Part shown: positions 1 through 9,787 of the stretch, in pieces
How the letters are laid out: the number at the start of each line of letters is the position of its first letter
Numbering within the stretch: position 1 is the first letter of the stretch
Assembly (NCBI GenBank): GCA_043823065.1
Contig: JBDRBB010000009.1
Span: forward strand, 1 to 64,000
Reading direction: 5' to 3'
DNA length: 64,000 bases
Source: Pseudomonadota bacterium
GTDB lineage: Bacteria > UBA10199 > 2-02-FULL-44-16 > DYJF01
Position numbers and translations under genes: made by a program
Notes under the pieces: generated by a model
Database searches by the model: none
What the model was told of the DNA's origin: nothing
The model's input: only the letters and a program-made list of their open reading frames with translations

Positions 1-18
1 CATTTTCATTACATATTA

Positions 19-34
19 TGGCATTGTTTTTGCT
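19..34 (+). promoter_or_regulatory. Putative sigma-54 (-24/-12) promoter for the RAYT gene
   Basis: TGGCAT-TGTTT-TTGCT matches TGGCAC-N5-TTGC(A/T), 14 nt before ATG 48. Confidence 0.5.
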
Positions 35-47
35 ATTAGTCTTAAGC

Positions 48-743
48 ATGCCTTACCTCCCCAGATATTGCATTATAGATGACGAAGCCTACTTTCATGT
101 CACTTGGCAGTGCCACAATAAAGACTGGTTACTTAAATGGGACTGGGCCAAGAAGATTTATTACGACCTCTTGCTCAAGCATAAAGACAAATATGGTGTT
201 ATTATCCATGCTTATAGTTTCATGGATAATCATCCACATCTTATTGGCAAACTAACTACTAAAGAAGATTTCTCAGCTTTCTTTCGGGTGGTGAATTGCC
301 AGTTTGCCAAAAAGGTAAATAAAGAGTTGAAGAGGCGCGGCCAGGTTGTGATGGATAGATTTAAGTCCCCTAAAATTGAATCAGATGAATACATGTTACG
401 AGTTACTATCTATGTAGATCTCAATCAATATAGAGCTGGAAAGGTCGATCATCCTAAAAACAATACATGGTCATCATATGGATATTATGCCTATGGCAAG
501 CACGATCCCTTAATAACTCCTTCACCATCTTATTTAACCCTTGGTAATAATAATTTTGAACGCCAGAATGCTTATAGAAATATGGTTGAGGAGGTAGTTA
601 ACAATGCGGAAGCTATGAATATCTCGCGTACATACTTCATAGGTAATCCAGATTGGGTGATAGCAAAATATCAGGAGCTTAGATCTATCTTAAAGCAACG
701 AGAAACAATCAATCTAGCTACAGCACCTCCCAAAGCATTATAA
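48..743 (+). CDS. REP-associated tyrosine transposase (RAYT, Y1 HUH family)
   Basis: MPYLPR start, YFHVT, HUH motif MDNHPHLI, RFKS, YVDLN, WSSY motifs; ORF track start 18 lies inside the sigma-54 motif so ATG 48 preferred. Confidence 0.85.
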   Translation: MPYLPRYCIIDDEAYFHVTWQCHNKDWLLKWDWAKKIYYDLLLKHKDKYGVIIHAYSFMDNHPHLIGKLTTKEDFSAFFRVVNCQFAKKVNKELKRRGQVVMDRFKSPKIESDEYMLRVTIYVDLNQYRAGKVDHPKNNTWSSYGYYAYGKHDPLITPSPSYLTLGNNNFERQNAYRNMVEEVVNNAEAMNISRTYFIGNPDWVIAKYQELRSILKQRETINLATAPPKAL

Positions 744-967
744 ATATAATTTATCAGTCAAGCTGCTTTGCAATAATGAATGTTCGTACGTTGATGTGTG
801 TTCAAATCAAACTAAATTTTGATCTAAAGAAAAAATAACACAAAAAATAATCAGCTCATTCCAGGATTTTCATTTAAATTAGCAAATTAATAAAAAATAA
901 AAAATATATGGTCTGAGATATTGATGGGAATCTATGTTTTGCAGCGCTTCTCGTCCGTCTTGGTTTT

Positions 968-1056
968 CTACATTCGCTCAGGATGACAATATGGAGCGGC
1001 CTGGATTGCTTCGTCCCCTTCGACTCGCTACGCTCGCTCAGGCTCCTCGCAATGAC
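968..1056 (-). repeat. Composite REP-like palindromes (GTCATTGCGAG..GAAGCAATCC family with nested CCTGAGC..GTCGAAGG family)
   Basis: Reverse complement reads GTCATTGCGAGGAG-CCTGAGCGAGCGTAGCGAGTCGAAGGG-GACGAAGCAATCCAG, plus a TGTCATCCTGAGCGAATG half; same motifs recur at 6624, 8966, 60402. Confidence 0.8.
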
Positions 1057-1103
1057 GAAGCTATTTGTTGTTTTTTCAGATTTCACGTGTATAATCTTTC
1101 CCC

Positions 1104-3305
1104 ATGAATAGCCTTGGTTTGCTTAAGAAATTTCACGCTTATCTATTGCCGTTTTTCTCTTTTTTCCTAATCGCCATTTTTTTTGACGTGTTTGTGATTA
1201 TCTTGGGTTTGCTCAACCCAATGTTTAGCAAGGTTTTGTTTGATTATGCTTATCAGTTTCACAACCTAACTTTACTAAACGTTACGATTATCGCCATTGT
1301 GGTAACCTATTTTTTGTATTTCTTTTTAAGCGTGGTTGCAGATTATTTGCTGACTTATATTGATCAAGAGGCAACAGCCAAGCTTACTTCCAATATTTTT
1401 TACGCGATTCAGTGCTTACCCTTAAAGTTTCATCAGGAAAAAACCCAGGGCGATCTTTTGGTGCGCCTAACTGATGATGTGGCTAACACCATTGCCATTA
1501 TAATGAATATGCTGCCCACCATTCTTATTGATGGCGGTCGATTTTTTATTATCCTTTATATTGCTTTTAGAATTAACCCCACCATTACCTTGCTGGCGCT
1601 TCTAGCCATTCCTTTATATGCTTTGGAAACCAAGTTTTATGCCAAACGTTTGCAATATGTGGAACAAGAATCAATTGATGCAGATTCAGATATTTATACC
1701 AGGGCTCAGGAGCGCATTGCTGGTATCAAAACCGTCAAGGCCTTTGGTCGCGAATCTAGTGAAACTCTTTCTTTTGGCAAACTCATTAAGCGGCGCTATC
1801 AGGTGCAGGTCAAAGAGAAAACCCTTTCCATCCTGCGCACCTTTACCAACTCCATTACCATCCAAATTTGGACCATCGCCATTATGTGGTACTTGGGTTA
1901 TCAAGTGGTGCAGGGGCGTTTAACCATAGGTGAAATTGTGGCCATCATGCTTTACTTAGAGCAGCTTGGCGAGCCAATTGAAACAATTGCTAACTTGGCT
2001 ACTTCATGGAAGACCAGCCAAGTTTCCATGTGGCGCCTAAAAGAGGTGCTAGACTATCCTTCAGAATCAGCTCTGGAAAGAGGAGATAAAGATTTAGAAA
2101 TTGAACAAGGATTAATCAAAACAGATCATCTCTCTTTTTCCTATTTACCTGAAGAAGAGATTTTACATGACATTAATGTGGAGTTTACGCCAGCTTCGCT
2201 CACTGCCATTGTGGGCGGTAGTGGAGGTGGCAAAACTACCTTGGCTAATTTATTGTTTAGGTTTTTTGATGCAACTCAAGGGGCAATTTTAATTGATGGC
2301 CAAAATATATCTGAAGTTAGAATTAAATCCTTGCGTAACAGGGTTGGTTTAATTGAACAGGAATATGCTTTGTTTGAAGGATCTATTTTGGAAAATATTT
2401 TATATGGCAATCCTGATAAAACAAAAGAGCAGGCTATTGAAGCGGCCAAGCTAGCAGCAGCCTACGATTTTATAATGAAGTTCTCAGAAGGATTTGAAAC
2501 TAAAGTTGGTGCAAGCGGTAGTTTGCTTTCTGGTGGCCAACGCCAGCGCATAGCTATTGCCAGGACTTTGCTTAAGGATCCAGAGATAATTGTTTTTGAT
2601 GAAGCAACTTCAGCGCTTGATCCAGAAAGTGAATTTCACATCCAAGAAGTTATTGGTAATCTCAAACTAACAAAAACTGTGTTGGTCATTGCGCATCGTC
2701 TTTCCACAATTAAGATGGCTGATGAAATTATGGTTTTGGATGAAGGTAGGTTTGTAGAAAAAGGACGGTTTGAAGAATTGTTAGCAAAACGAGGAGCTTT
2801 TTATCGCTTTTACTGGAAACAGTTCGGTGGTTTGGCGGCTTTTCGCCAACAGTTGTTTTTAGAAATGGAAAGAGCAGCTCGTTATAATTCTCATTTTTCT
2901 GTGGCTGCTCTAAAATATCTTCCTTATCAAAACGTGTTAAATACTTCTGGTGTGCAATATGTGGAAAAATTAATGGATAATCTTGATTATCGCATCAAGA
3001 AAAGCATTCGCGTGGGAGATAACAGCTCAGTTTTAGACAATGGCCTTATTTTAATTTTACTGCCAGAAATTACGGAAAAACAGATAGCTGGTTTTTTTCA
3101 TCGGGCCATTGAAATTTTAACAGGACCTGGAGAAGATATTATTCCAATCACTAGAGAAGATGTTTTGCTTTTGGGCACTAGAATTGAAACCAAACACTTT
3201 AAGACCCCAGAAGAGATGATTGGCGCTTTAACCAAAAAAATAGCAGCCATTGACATTGGTCATGGCTCAATTGTCTTAAGTGAAAAGGAGTTGATAGCTA
3301 ACTAA
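1104..3305 (+). CDS. ABC exporter (TMD+NBD, MsbA/ABCB-like) with C-terminal degenerate GGDEF-like domain
   Basis: N-terminal TM helices, Walker A GGSGGGKT, signature LSGGQRQR, Walker B VFDEATS, H-loop IAHRL; tail LEMERAARY..RVGD..LILLPE. Confidence 0.85.
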   Translation: MNSLGLLKKFHAYLLPFFSFFLIAIFFDVFVIILGLLNPMFSKVLFDYAYQFHNLTLLNVTIIAIVVTYFLYFFLSVVADYLLTYIDQEATAKLTSNIFYAIQCLPLKFHQEKTQGDLLVRLTDDVANTIAIIMNMLPTILIDGGRFFIILYIAFRINPTITLLALLAIPLYALETKFYAKRLQYVEQESIDADSDIYTRAQERIAGIKTVKAFGRESSETLSFGKLIKRRYQVQVKEKTLSILRTFTNSITIQIWTIAIMWYLGYQVVQGRLTIGEIVAIMLYLEQLGEPIETIANLATSWKTSQVSMWRLKEVLDYPSESALERGDKDLEIEQGLIKTDHLSFSYLPEEEILHDINVEFTPASLTAIVGGSGGGKTTLANLLFRFFDATQGAILIDGQNISEVRIKSLRNRVGLIEQEYALFEGSILENILYGNPDKTKEQAIEAAKLAAAYDFIMKFSEGFETKVGASGSLLSGGQRQRIAIARTLLKDPEIIVFDEATSALDPESEFHIQEVIGNLKLTKTVLVIAHRLSTIKMADEIMVLDEGRFVEKGRFEELLAKRGAFYRFYWKQFGGLAAFRQQLFLEMERAARYNSHFSVAALKYLPYQNVLNTSGVQYVEKLMDNLDYRIKKSIRVGDNSSVLDNGLILILLPEITEKQIAGFFHRAIEILTGPGEDIIPITREDVLLLGTRIETKHFKTPEEMIGALTKKIAAIDIGHGSIVLSEKELIAN

Positions 3306-3514
3306 TGGAAACCACCAAAAACATATTAGATAAATTAGTAGATGAATTTTCCCAAACTGAATTAAAAAAACGAGTCTGGTTTATTGCCTTAATTGGTTTT
3401 GTGCTTTGTGCTTTTGCCATTGCTGCAGGCTATATCTTTTTTAATGCTGAATTTATGGTCAAATATGGTGAAACCCAGATGCCCTACTGGAAGATGTTGT
3501 GGCTTAAGGGTTAA
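3305..3514 (+). CDS. Small single-TM membrane protein
   Basis: TAATG overlap with ABC gene stop, AAGGAG RBS, one hydrophobic segment. Confidence 0.6.
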   Translation: METTKNILDKLVDEFSQTELKKRVWFIALIGFVLCAFAIAAGYIFFNAEFMVKYGETQMPYWKMLWLKG

Positions 3515-3977
3515 GGGAAAAATCATATTTATTGATTAAGCCAATTATTGAAGTTGGATCATTTCTAATTTCATGACCAAAATAGAGTAAAGCAATGGCC
3601 CAGGTGGCAATGCCTTCAGGATCATGAGTATATATTTTCCAATATTCATTGTTTGTACCTTCAATCTCAAAATTATCCCCATCTTTTATGGCTTGGCTTT
3701 CTTTAATTACCTTGCCGGATAAAGTATCCAAACTGCGATGAATAAGTTGAGAGTCGTTGTTAATAATCCATTCTTGTCTGGATTTTTCAGAGTTCATTTT
3801 TAAATAACAGGTGCCATTGATTTTGCTAACCACCAGGGTTGCTGTATCTTCCCCAATATCTGAAGGAATACGCGATGATATTGTGCCGGTATATTTACCT
3901 GGAACACATTTGAATTCAGCAGCGCAAATTGCTGGGAATATTAGCCAGACAAAAAGGAAGATTAAAAATTTTTTCAT
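3504..3977 (-). CDS. Hypothetical secreted protein
   Basis: Signal peptide MKKFLIFLFVWLIFPAICAA, GGGGG RBS. Confidence 0.65.
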   Translation of the reverse strand: MKKFLIFLFVWLIFPAICAAEFKCVPGKYTGTISSRIPSDIGEDTATLVVSKINGTCYLKMNSEKSRQEWIINNDSQLIHRSLDTLSGKVIKESQAIKDGDNFEIEGTNNEYWKIYTHDPEGIATWAIALLYFGHEIRNDPTSIIGLINKYDFSLNP

Positions 3978-3988
3978 ATACCCCCTTA

Positions 3989-4978
3989 TTATAGATGAAA
4001 TTCCAAAGCCCAGCCATCTTGCAAGACATGATCTCTGGCAATTTGCTGGCCATCATGCATGCCTTCACCCCAAACCCGAGCGAATTTTAGTTTATGGGCG
4101 ATCTCTTTATGTAAAGACTGAGCTGCTTCCATGGTGTTGCTGCCCACAGGCAAAATAATCGGATCTTTTTTTTCAATTTTTTTACCAGGGGCTTTGGTAT
4201 AAACACGGATAATTTGCAGGGCCTCAAAAAGTTGTTTGGGGAATTCCTGTAATGAATTGGGATCTTGAGCGCAGTATTGGCCAATAAATTCAAAACGATT
4301 GGCTAGCCATTCCTTAAACATCTCTAAATTGTCTTTTGCTTCTGGATGATCGATTTTATTGCCAAAAATTAAGGTGCGGATATAGGCTGCGCTTACTTTT
4401 CTCTCCTCAGTCTCTGGAATTTGTTTGCACAAAAATATGTAGTGTTTTTGTAACTTGCTAACAATGGGATCTAAAATTTCTAATAAATCCGGTGAAGCTA
4501 AATCCACTATAATCAGCGCTAAATCCGCCTTTCTGACAATATCTGGGGTCCAGATTTCAAAAGCAGTTTCAGTAATAGCAGGCATTTCCACTAATTGAAT
4601 ATTAACATCTTCAAAAGGCATCATGCCAGGAACAGGCATTCTGGTGGTAAAAGGGTAAGCGGCAATTTCTGGCGTGGCTTTTGTTAAGCTATTAATTATT
4701 TGTGATTTTCCTGAGTTGGGTGGACCCAAAAGCATCACTTGGGCTGCACCTTCTTTGGGAACTGTAACAGCCTGTCTTTTGCCGCCTTTTTTCTCATCTC
4801 CGCCTTCTTTAAGCTTTTTTAATTTTTGATTGAGCGTGCTCCGAAGTTTGTCTGTGCCCTTATGTTTGGGCATCACTGTAATCATTTCTTCCAGGCAGGC
4901 AATTTTTTCTTCGCGAGTCTTGGCCTGGCGAAACTTAAGTTCTGCAGAGTGATATTCTGGCCCGACATTTGTTGGCAT
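3989..4978 (-). CDS. DRG/OBG-family GTPase with C-terminal TGS domain
   Basis: PKHKGT N-terminal motif, G1 GPPNSGKS, YPFTT, NKID, C-terminal FARVWG..HVLQDG. Confidence 0.85.
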   Translation of the reverse strand: MPTNVGPEYHSAELKFRQAKTREEKIACLEEMITVMPKHKGTDKLRSTLNQKLKKLKEGGDEKKGGKRQAVTVPKEGAAQVMLLGPPNSGKSQIINSLTKATPEIAAYPFTTRMPVPGMMPFEDVNIQLVEMPAITETAFEIWTPDIVRKADLALIIVDLASPDLLEILDPIVSKLQKHYIFLCKQIPETEERKVSAAYIRTLIFGNKIDHPEAKDNLEMFKEWLANRFEFIGQYCAQDPNSLQEFPKQLFEALQIIRVYTKAPGKKIEKKDPIILPVGSNTMEAAQSLHKEIAHKLKFARVWGEGMHDGQQIARDHVLQDGWALEFHL

Positions 4979-5027
4979 AACGCCCTAATAGCTTGACATT
5001 AGGCTGATTGTAAAGAATTTTAGCTGC

Positions 5028-5570
5028 ATGTTATCAGCACTTTTAGTAATTGATATGCAACGCTACTTTTTGGAATCAGGGGCTAAAGCTTTTTTGGGAA
5101 ATGAAGCGTGCCAAATTATTCCTAATGTTTTGGATTTAATTGAAAAATTTCGCGGAAAAAATCAGCCAGTTATTTTTACCAGACATGCTCATCAAAAGGA
5201 TCAGCCAACCAGGCAGATGGGGAAATGGTGGAATAATAAATTGCCTTGGGAGGGTGATCCTGAATCAGAGTTAATTTCAGAATTAAAACCACGGCCAGAA
5301 GAATTATTAATTACCAAAACTCATTATAGTGCTTTTGAAAAAACTGAATTGGAAAAATATTTACGTAAGAACAATATTGATACAGTGGTGATTTGCGGAG
5401 TAATGACTCATCTTTGTGTGGAAACAACAGCGCGCCAGGCTTTTGTATTGGATTTTCAACCTGTGATTGTGAAAGATGGTTGTGCCACCCAATCTGCGGC
5501 GCATCAACAAGCCAGCCTTTTAAACTTAGCGCACGGTTTTGCTTATATCAGAGATTCATCAGAATTCTAA
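5028..5570 (+). CDS. Isochorismatase-family cysteine hydrolase
   Basis: ALLVIDMQ, K..YSAF, GVMTHLCVETTAR. Confidence 0.85.
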   Translation: MLSALLVIDMQRYFLESGAKAFLGNEACQIIPNVLDLIEKFRGKNQPVIFTRHAHQKDQPTRQMGKWWNNKLPWEGDPESELISELKPRPEELLITKTHYSAFEKTELEKYLRKNNIDTVVICGVMTHLCVETTARQAFVLDFQPVIVKDGCATQSAAHQQASLLNLAHGFAYIRDSSEF

Positions 5571-6608
5571 AACCACTTTTCCGCTTTGGCCAGAGCGCAT
5601 GGTTTCCATGGCCTCAAAAAACTTAGCAAAGGGATACTTGTGGGTAATGATGGTTTCCAGATCATCTCTGAATTTTGAATTTCCCAGAAGGGCGCGCATT
5701 TTATACCAGTCTTCAAAGATGCGTCTGCCGTAAATTCCTCTTAAGGTAGTGTATTTAAATACTATTTGATTGGAGATATCGATTGTTGTTTTGTCGCTAT
5801 AAACCCCAAGAATCACCATTTCTCCGCCGCTTTTTAACATATCCAGGCCAGAGGTAAAAGCCTCAGCTGAGCCAGACATTTCAAATACAATATCAGCGCC
5901 TTTTCCTTTGGTAGAAGAAAGAATCTCTTTTTTGGCCAGATTTGTATCGCGCAGCACATTGCTAATGCCTATTTTTTGGGCCAGATCCGCCCGATAATCA
6001 TTAAATTTTTCCACAGCAATTACTTGTGCTGCTCCAACATGCAAGCAAAGATAGGCGCACATAATTCCAATCGGGCCGAGACCTAAAACAACTACATCTT
6101 TACCCACAACATCTGTAGAAAATACTGAGTGTACTGCATTGCCCAGTGGGTCTTGAATGGAACAAAGCTCAGGAGGAATATCTTCGTTGTTTTTCCAGAT
6201 ACTTGTTTGGGGTATAACGGCATATTCTGCAAATATGCCGTTGCTATCAACACCAAAGACTTTTAAGTTTTGGCAAACATGCGACAACCCGGTGCGGCAT
6301 TGGATACAATGGCCGCAAGTCATGTGACATTCTCCAGAAACATAATCTCCAATAGCAACTGTGCTTACTTCTTTGCCAAGTTCTACAACTTCGCCTGAAA
6401 ATTCATGTCCGTAGATTAAGGGCGGTTTAATTCTGCCAGCTGCCCAGTTATCCCAATTAAAAATATGTACATCAGTGCCGCAAATGGAAGCTGCCTTAAT
6501 TTTAACCAGCACATCATGTGGGCCAGGTTTGGGGATATCTACCAGCATCAGTTCTGTGCCATTTGGTTCTGGTTTAATCTTAACCACAGCCTTCATTTTG
6601 TTGTTCAT
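5559..6608 (-). CDS. tdh: L-threonine 3-dehydrogenase
   Basis: ICGTDVH, GHEFSG, CGHCIQC zinc motif, GLGPIG, SGKVVL; downstream of kbl; start moved to ATG 6608 (track start lies in REP). Confidence 0.9.
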   Translation of the reverse strand: MNNKMKAVVKIKPEPNGTELMLVDIPKPGPHDVLVKIKAASICGTDVHIFNWDNWAAGRIKPPLIYGHEFSGEVVELGKEVSTVAIGDYVSGECHMTCGHCIQCRTGLSHVCQNLKVFGVDSNGIFAEYAVIPQTSIWKNNEDIPPELCSIQDPLGNAVHSVFSTDVVGKDVVVLGLGPIGIMCAYLCLHVGAAQVIAVEKFNDYRADLAQKIGISNVLRDTNLAKKEILSSTKGKGADIVFEMSGSAEAFTSGLDMLKSGGEMVILGVYSDKTTIDISNQIVFKYTTLRGIYGRRIFEDWYKMRALLGNSKFRDDLETIITHKYPFAKFFEAMETMRSGQSGKVVLEF

Positions 6609-6623
6609 GTGTTTCCCCTGGTA

Positions 6624-6766
6624 TGTCATTGCAAATCCTTCGACTCATCAACTGTTCACCCTGAGCTTGTCGAAGGGTAAAATAAATTCGCTCAGGACAG
6701 GCTTCATGAAGCAATCCAGAGGATGCCCTTGGGATTGCCGCGTCGCTTACGCTCCTCGCAATGACA
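6624..6766. repeat. Nested REP-like palindrome cluster between kbl and tdh
   Basis: TGTCATTGC...GAAGCAATCC / GGATTGC...CGCAATGACA inverted pair; left copy is interrupted by CCTTCGACT...CGCTCAGGA, itself interrupted by GTTCACCCTGAGCTTGTCGAAGGG. Confidence 0.8.
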
Positions 6767-6777
6767 AAGTAATCAAA

Positions 6778-7956
6778 TTACTTTGTCACCTTAAGCTCTC
6801 TGCCAATACTCACAAATTTATTCACTGCAAATTGCAAATCTTCTTTGGTATGTCCAGCTGAAAGCATCGCCCTAATTCTAGCCCTGCCTTTGGGAACTGT
6901 GGGATAACCCAAAGCCATGGCAAAAATTCCTTCATCATATAAACGTTTGCTCATTGCGTGAGCTGTGCTGGCTTCACCTAACATCACTGGCGTAATTGGA
7001 GTTTGGCTAATGCCAATATCAAACCCGGCTTCTTTAAGCTGGGCTTTGAAAAATTTGCTATTTTCCCAAAGTTTATTTACTAATTCCTCGCTGTGTTCCA
7101 AAAGCTCGATAGCTTTTAAGCAGCCACCTGCTTCAGCAGGGGACAGGGCATTGGAAAATAAGAAAGGCCTGCCGCGTTGTCTTAACCAATCGATTACTTC
7201 TTTGTTGGCAGCCACAAAACCGCCAGCACAACCAAAAGCTTTGGAAAGAGTGCCAACTTCAATATCAATGCGTTCGCCTAAATTAAAATGATTTACCACG
7301 CCTCGTCCACCTTTGCCTAAAACTCCTTCGCCGTGGGCATCATCTACTATAGTTACGCAGTTGTATTTATCTGCTAAATCAGCAATGGTTTTTAAATCAG
7401 CAATATCGCCATCCATGGAGAACACACCATCTGAAATAATAAATTTGCGTTCAAATTGTTTATTTTCTTTAATCTTGTTTTCCAGATCAGCCATGTCATT
7501 GTGTTTGTAACGGATAATCTGAGCCTTGGTTAAGCGGCTACCATCAATTACTGAAGCATGGTTTAATTCATCAGAAAAAATTATATCTGATTTTCTGATG
7601 ATTGCTGGAATCACGGCCAGGTTGGCCATAAATCCGCCTTGAAAAACCAGACAGGCTTGACGCCCCTTAAACTTGGCCAAGGCTTTTTCTAAATTAATGT
7701 GAATATCCATGGTGCCAGCGATAGAGCGCACTGCTCCAGCACCAACTCCATATTTATCAACAGCTGCTTGAGCAGCTTTTTTCATCTCAGGATGATTGGC
7801 CAAACCAAGATAGTTATTGCAGGAAAGATTCAGCACCTTTTTGCCGTCAATAGAGACCCAGCTGCTATTTTCACCTTCTAAAGTGCGGATAATATTATAC
7901 AGACCAGAATTTTTGAGTTCATGTAGATCCTGGGTGATAAAATCCAATTTAGGCAT
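6778..7956 (-). CDS. kbl: Glycine C-acetyltransferase (2-amino-3-ketobutyrate CoA ligase)
   Basis: NNYLGLA, SDELNHAS, SDGVFSMDG, DDAHG, GTLSKA PLP lysine; operonic with tdh. Confidence 0.88.
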   Translation of the reverse strand: MPKLDFITQDLHELKNSGLYNIIRTLEGENSSWVSIDGKKVLNLSCNNYLGLANHPEMKKAAQAAVDKYGVGAGAVRSIAGTMDIHINLEKALAKFKGRQACLVFQGGFMANLAVIPAIIRKSDIIFSDELNHASVIDGSRLTKAQIIRYKHNDMADLENKIKENKQFERKFIISDGVFSMDGDIADLKTIADLADKYNCVTIVDDAHGEGVLGKGGRGVVNHFNLGERIDIEVGTLSKAFGCAGGFVAANKEVIDWLRQRGRPFLFSNALSPAEAGGCLKAIELLEHSEELVNKLWENSKFFKAQLKEAGFDIGISQTPITPVMLGEASTAHAMSKRLYDEGIFAMALGYPTVPKGRARIRAMLSAGHTKEDLQFAVNKFVSIGRELKVTK

Positions 7957-8081
7957 GCTCCCCTCCGGCTTGATTGTTTAATGACAACTATCTCTAATTA
8001 GGCTGCTCTGTCAATTATAGTTATAAACTACTATTTGCTTGACCAGGCTGGGTTTTTATGAAAATTGCCAAGCCATAGGTT

Positions 8082-8495
8082 ATGGAAAAAAAATACAATA
8101 TTTTAATTGTTGATGATGAACAAGATGTGCACACTGTTTTAGGCAAGATGCTGGAAAAAGAAGGTTATCTTGTGCAAAGTGCATTTAATGCTGCCCAAGC
8201 TTTAGAGAAAATTAAGCAAGCCAAGCCGGATTTAATGCTTTTAGATATTATGATGCCCAAAACTTCTGGCATCGAACTTTTAAATACCTTAAGAAATCAG
8301 CCAGCAACCAAAGATCTTTTGATTATAATTATTTCTGCTAAAGATGAACAAGCTGATCGAATTGAAGGTTTATCTCACGGCGCAGATGATTATATTTCCA
8401 AACCATTTCATTTGCGCTCCTTGGTGCGCAAGATTGAACACGTCCTGCAAAAGAAAAAAGAAGAAAACTTTCAAGATTCTATTTTATCTCAATAA
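8082..8495 (+). CDS. Single-domain response regulator
   Basis: ILIVDDE, LLDIMMP, ISAK, ADDYISKPF. Confidence 0.88.
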   Translation: MEKKYNILIVDDEQDVHTVLGKMLEKEGYLVQSAFNAAQALEKIKQAKPDLMLLDIMMPKTSGIELLNTLRNQPATKDLLIIIISAKDEQADRIEGLSHGADDYISKPFHLRSLVRKIEHVLQKKKEENFQDSILSQ

Positions 8496-8940
8496 CTAAC
8501 GACAACTCTAGGCAGGCATCATTTGGTAGGCAACTACAGCCAACAGCATTACGGCTATGTTTGCCAGCTGAACCAAAGATTTGCTCGAAAAGATCGCTAA
8601 CACTATTTAAGACTTTAAAATGATCTCTAAAATCTCCGCCAGAAGCAATAAACCCGGTTACGGAAATAATTCTTTTTACCTTGTTGATGCTGCCGCCGAA
8701 TTCAGATGCAAAAATACCCAAGGCGTAAATAGCAGCAATGCGCGCAGCGCGCCCAGCTTGATCTAGAGTTACTTCCAAGCCAACGCGGCCTTTAGTAATA
8801 ATTCTTCCTTCTGAAAATGGCAGTACTCCATTTATGAAAACAAGTTTGCCGCTTTTTACTGCATGAGCGGTGCCAGCAGCACAACTGTGTGGTTCAGGGA
8901 GATCAATAAAAAGTTCTTCTAATTTTTTATCAAAATTCAT
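8479..8940 (-). CDS. RidA/YjgF-family protein
   Basis: GKLVFING.LP, V.GFIAS, GKHSRNAVG..LP. Confidence 0.8.
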   Translation of the reverse strand: MNFDKKLEELFIDLPEPHSCAAGTAHAVKSGKLVFINGVLPFSEGRIITKGRVGLEVTLDQAGRAARIAAIYALGIFASEFGGSINKVKRIISVTGFIASGGDFRDHFKVLNSVSDLFEQIFGSAGKHSRNAVGCSCLPNDACLELSLVIEIK

Positions 8941-8965
8941 TTTATGTCCTTATTAAATGTTTCTC

Positions 8966-9005
8966 CTGGATTGCTTCGTCGGCTGTTAGCCCCCTCGCAA
9001 TGACA
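8966..9005 (-). repeat. REP-like element (GTCATTGCGAG..GAAGCAATCCAG family)
   Basis: CTGGATTGCTTCGTC...CCTCGCAATGACA, same ends as the 1001-1056 copy. Confidence 0.8.
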
Positions 9006-9016
9006 ACCAACGCTTG

Positions 9017-9787
9017 TCATTTTACTTTGGGTTTAAAAAAGAAGACAAAAATTATTAAAGGAGTTCCTTTAATATTGCGATAAGTCTGGATTTCGCTTTG
9101 ACTGAACTTAGATCTTAAACCCTCATCAATAAAGGCTTCTTTAATATTCATTATGCGCAAGCCTGCTGTGCGGCAAATTTTATAGTAATCTTCCAGTCCT
9201 TTGATATTTGACTCCAAAGATAATAAACGTTGGGGACCTTTTTTGGCATAAAGACCAAAAGGATGAAAATCAATAAACACGCCTTGTCCGCCAGGGCTAA
9301 GCGTTCTGGTTATTTCTTTGATTGTATTTAGAATATCTTTTTGAGCGCTGCTGGCCAATCTGGCAGCAGTGTAATCAAAGAAGTCATTTTCAAAAGGCAG
9401 GTTGTGTGTTTCAGCTTTAACAATAAATCCTCTGCTGGCATCTCCTTGAATTGGAGATTCGCCGTAGCCAGTATTGACGGTGATCATTGCTTTAGCCTGT
9501 TTTTGTAAAAACTGCGTGGCAAAAACTGGCTTGCCAGCGCCAATTTCCAAACAAGACTTGCCTTCCAGATGAGGAATGACTGGCAGATAAAAACGCTCAA
9601 TAGCAAAAGCAATCAGATCCTGAATTTTATCTAAAGCAAGCTGGCTTTCTAAGGAAAGGATAGGTTGTACGCCAGGCCTGGCAACTACCGAGACTTTAGC
9701 TTTTTGAACTTTGCCAATGATTTTTTCAATTCCATGACCAGCCCAATACATAAGTTGTCTTAAAGAATCTTCTATAGATTTAGACAT
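9017..9787 (-). CDS. Class I SAM-dependent methyltransferase
   Basis: CLEIGAG motif I, LPFENDFFD, RTLSPGG. Confidence 0.7.
   Translation of the reverse strand: MSKSIEDSLRQLMYWAGHGIEKIIGKVQKAKVSVVARPGVQPILSLESQLALDKIQDLIAFAIERFYLPVIPHLEGKSCLEIGAGKPVFATQFLQKQAKAMITVNTGYGESPIQGDASRGFIVKAETHNLPFENDFFDYTAARLASSAQKDILNTIKEITRTLSPGGQGVFIDFHPFGLYAKKGPQRLLSLESNIKGLEDYYKICRTAGLRIMNIKEAFIDEGLRSKFSQSEIQTYRNIKGTPLIIFVFFFKPKVK

Noticed and set aside
874..1086. 70-aa minus-strand ORF
   Set aside because: Translation of REP-like palindromes (VIARS..TKQS, VILSE); no coding evidence
6465..6861. Plus-strand ORFs over the tdh/kbl junction
   Set aside because: Antisense shadows of tdh plus REP-derived sequence
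6778..7956. Possible BioF or CqsA-type autoinducer synthase
   Set aside because: Operonic with tdh and motifs fit Kbl
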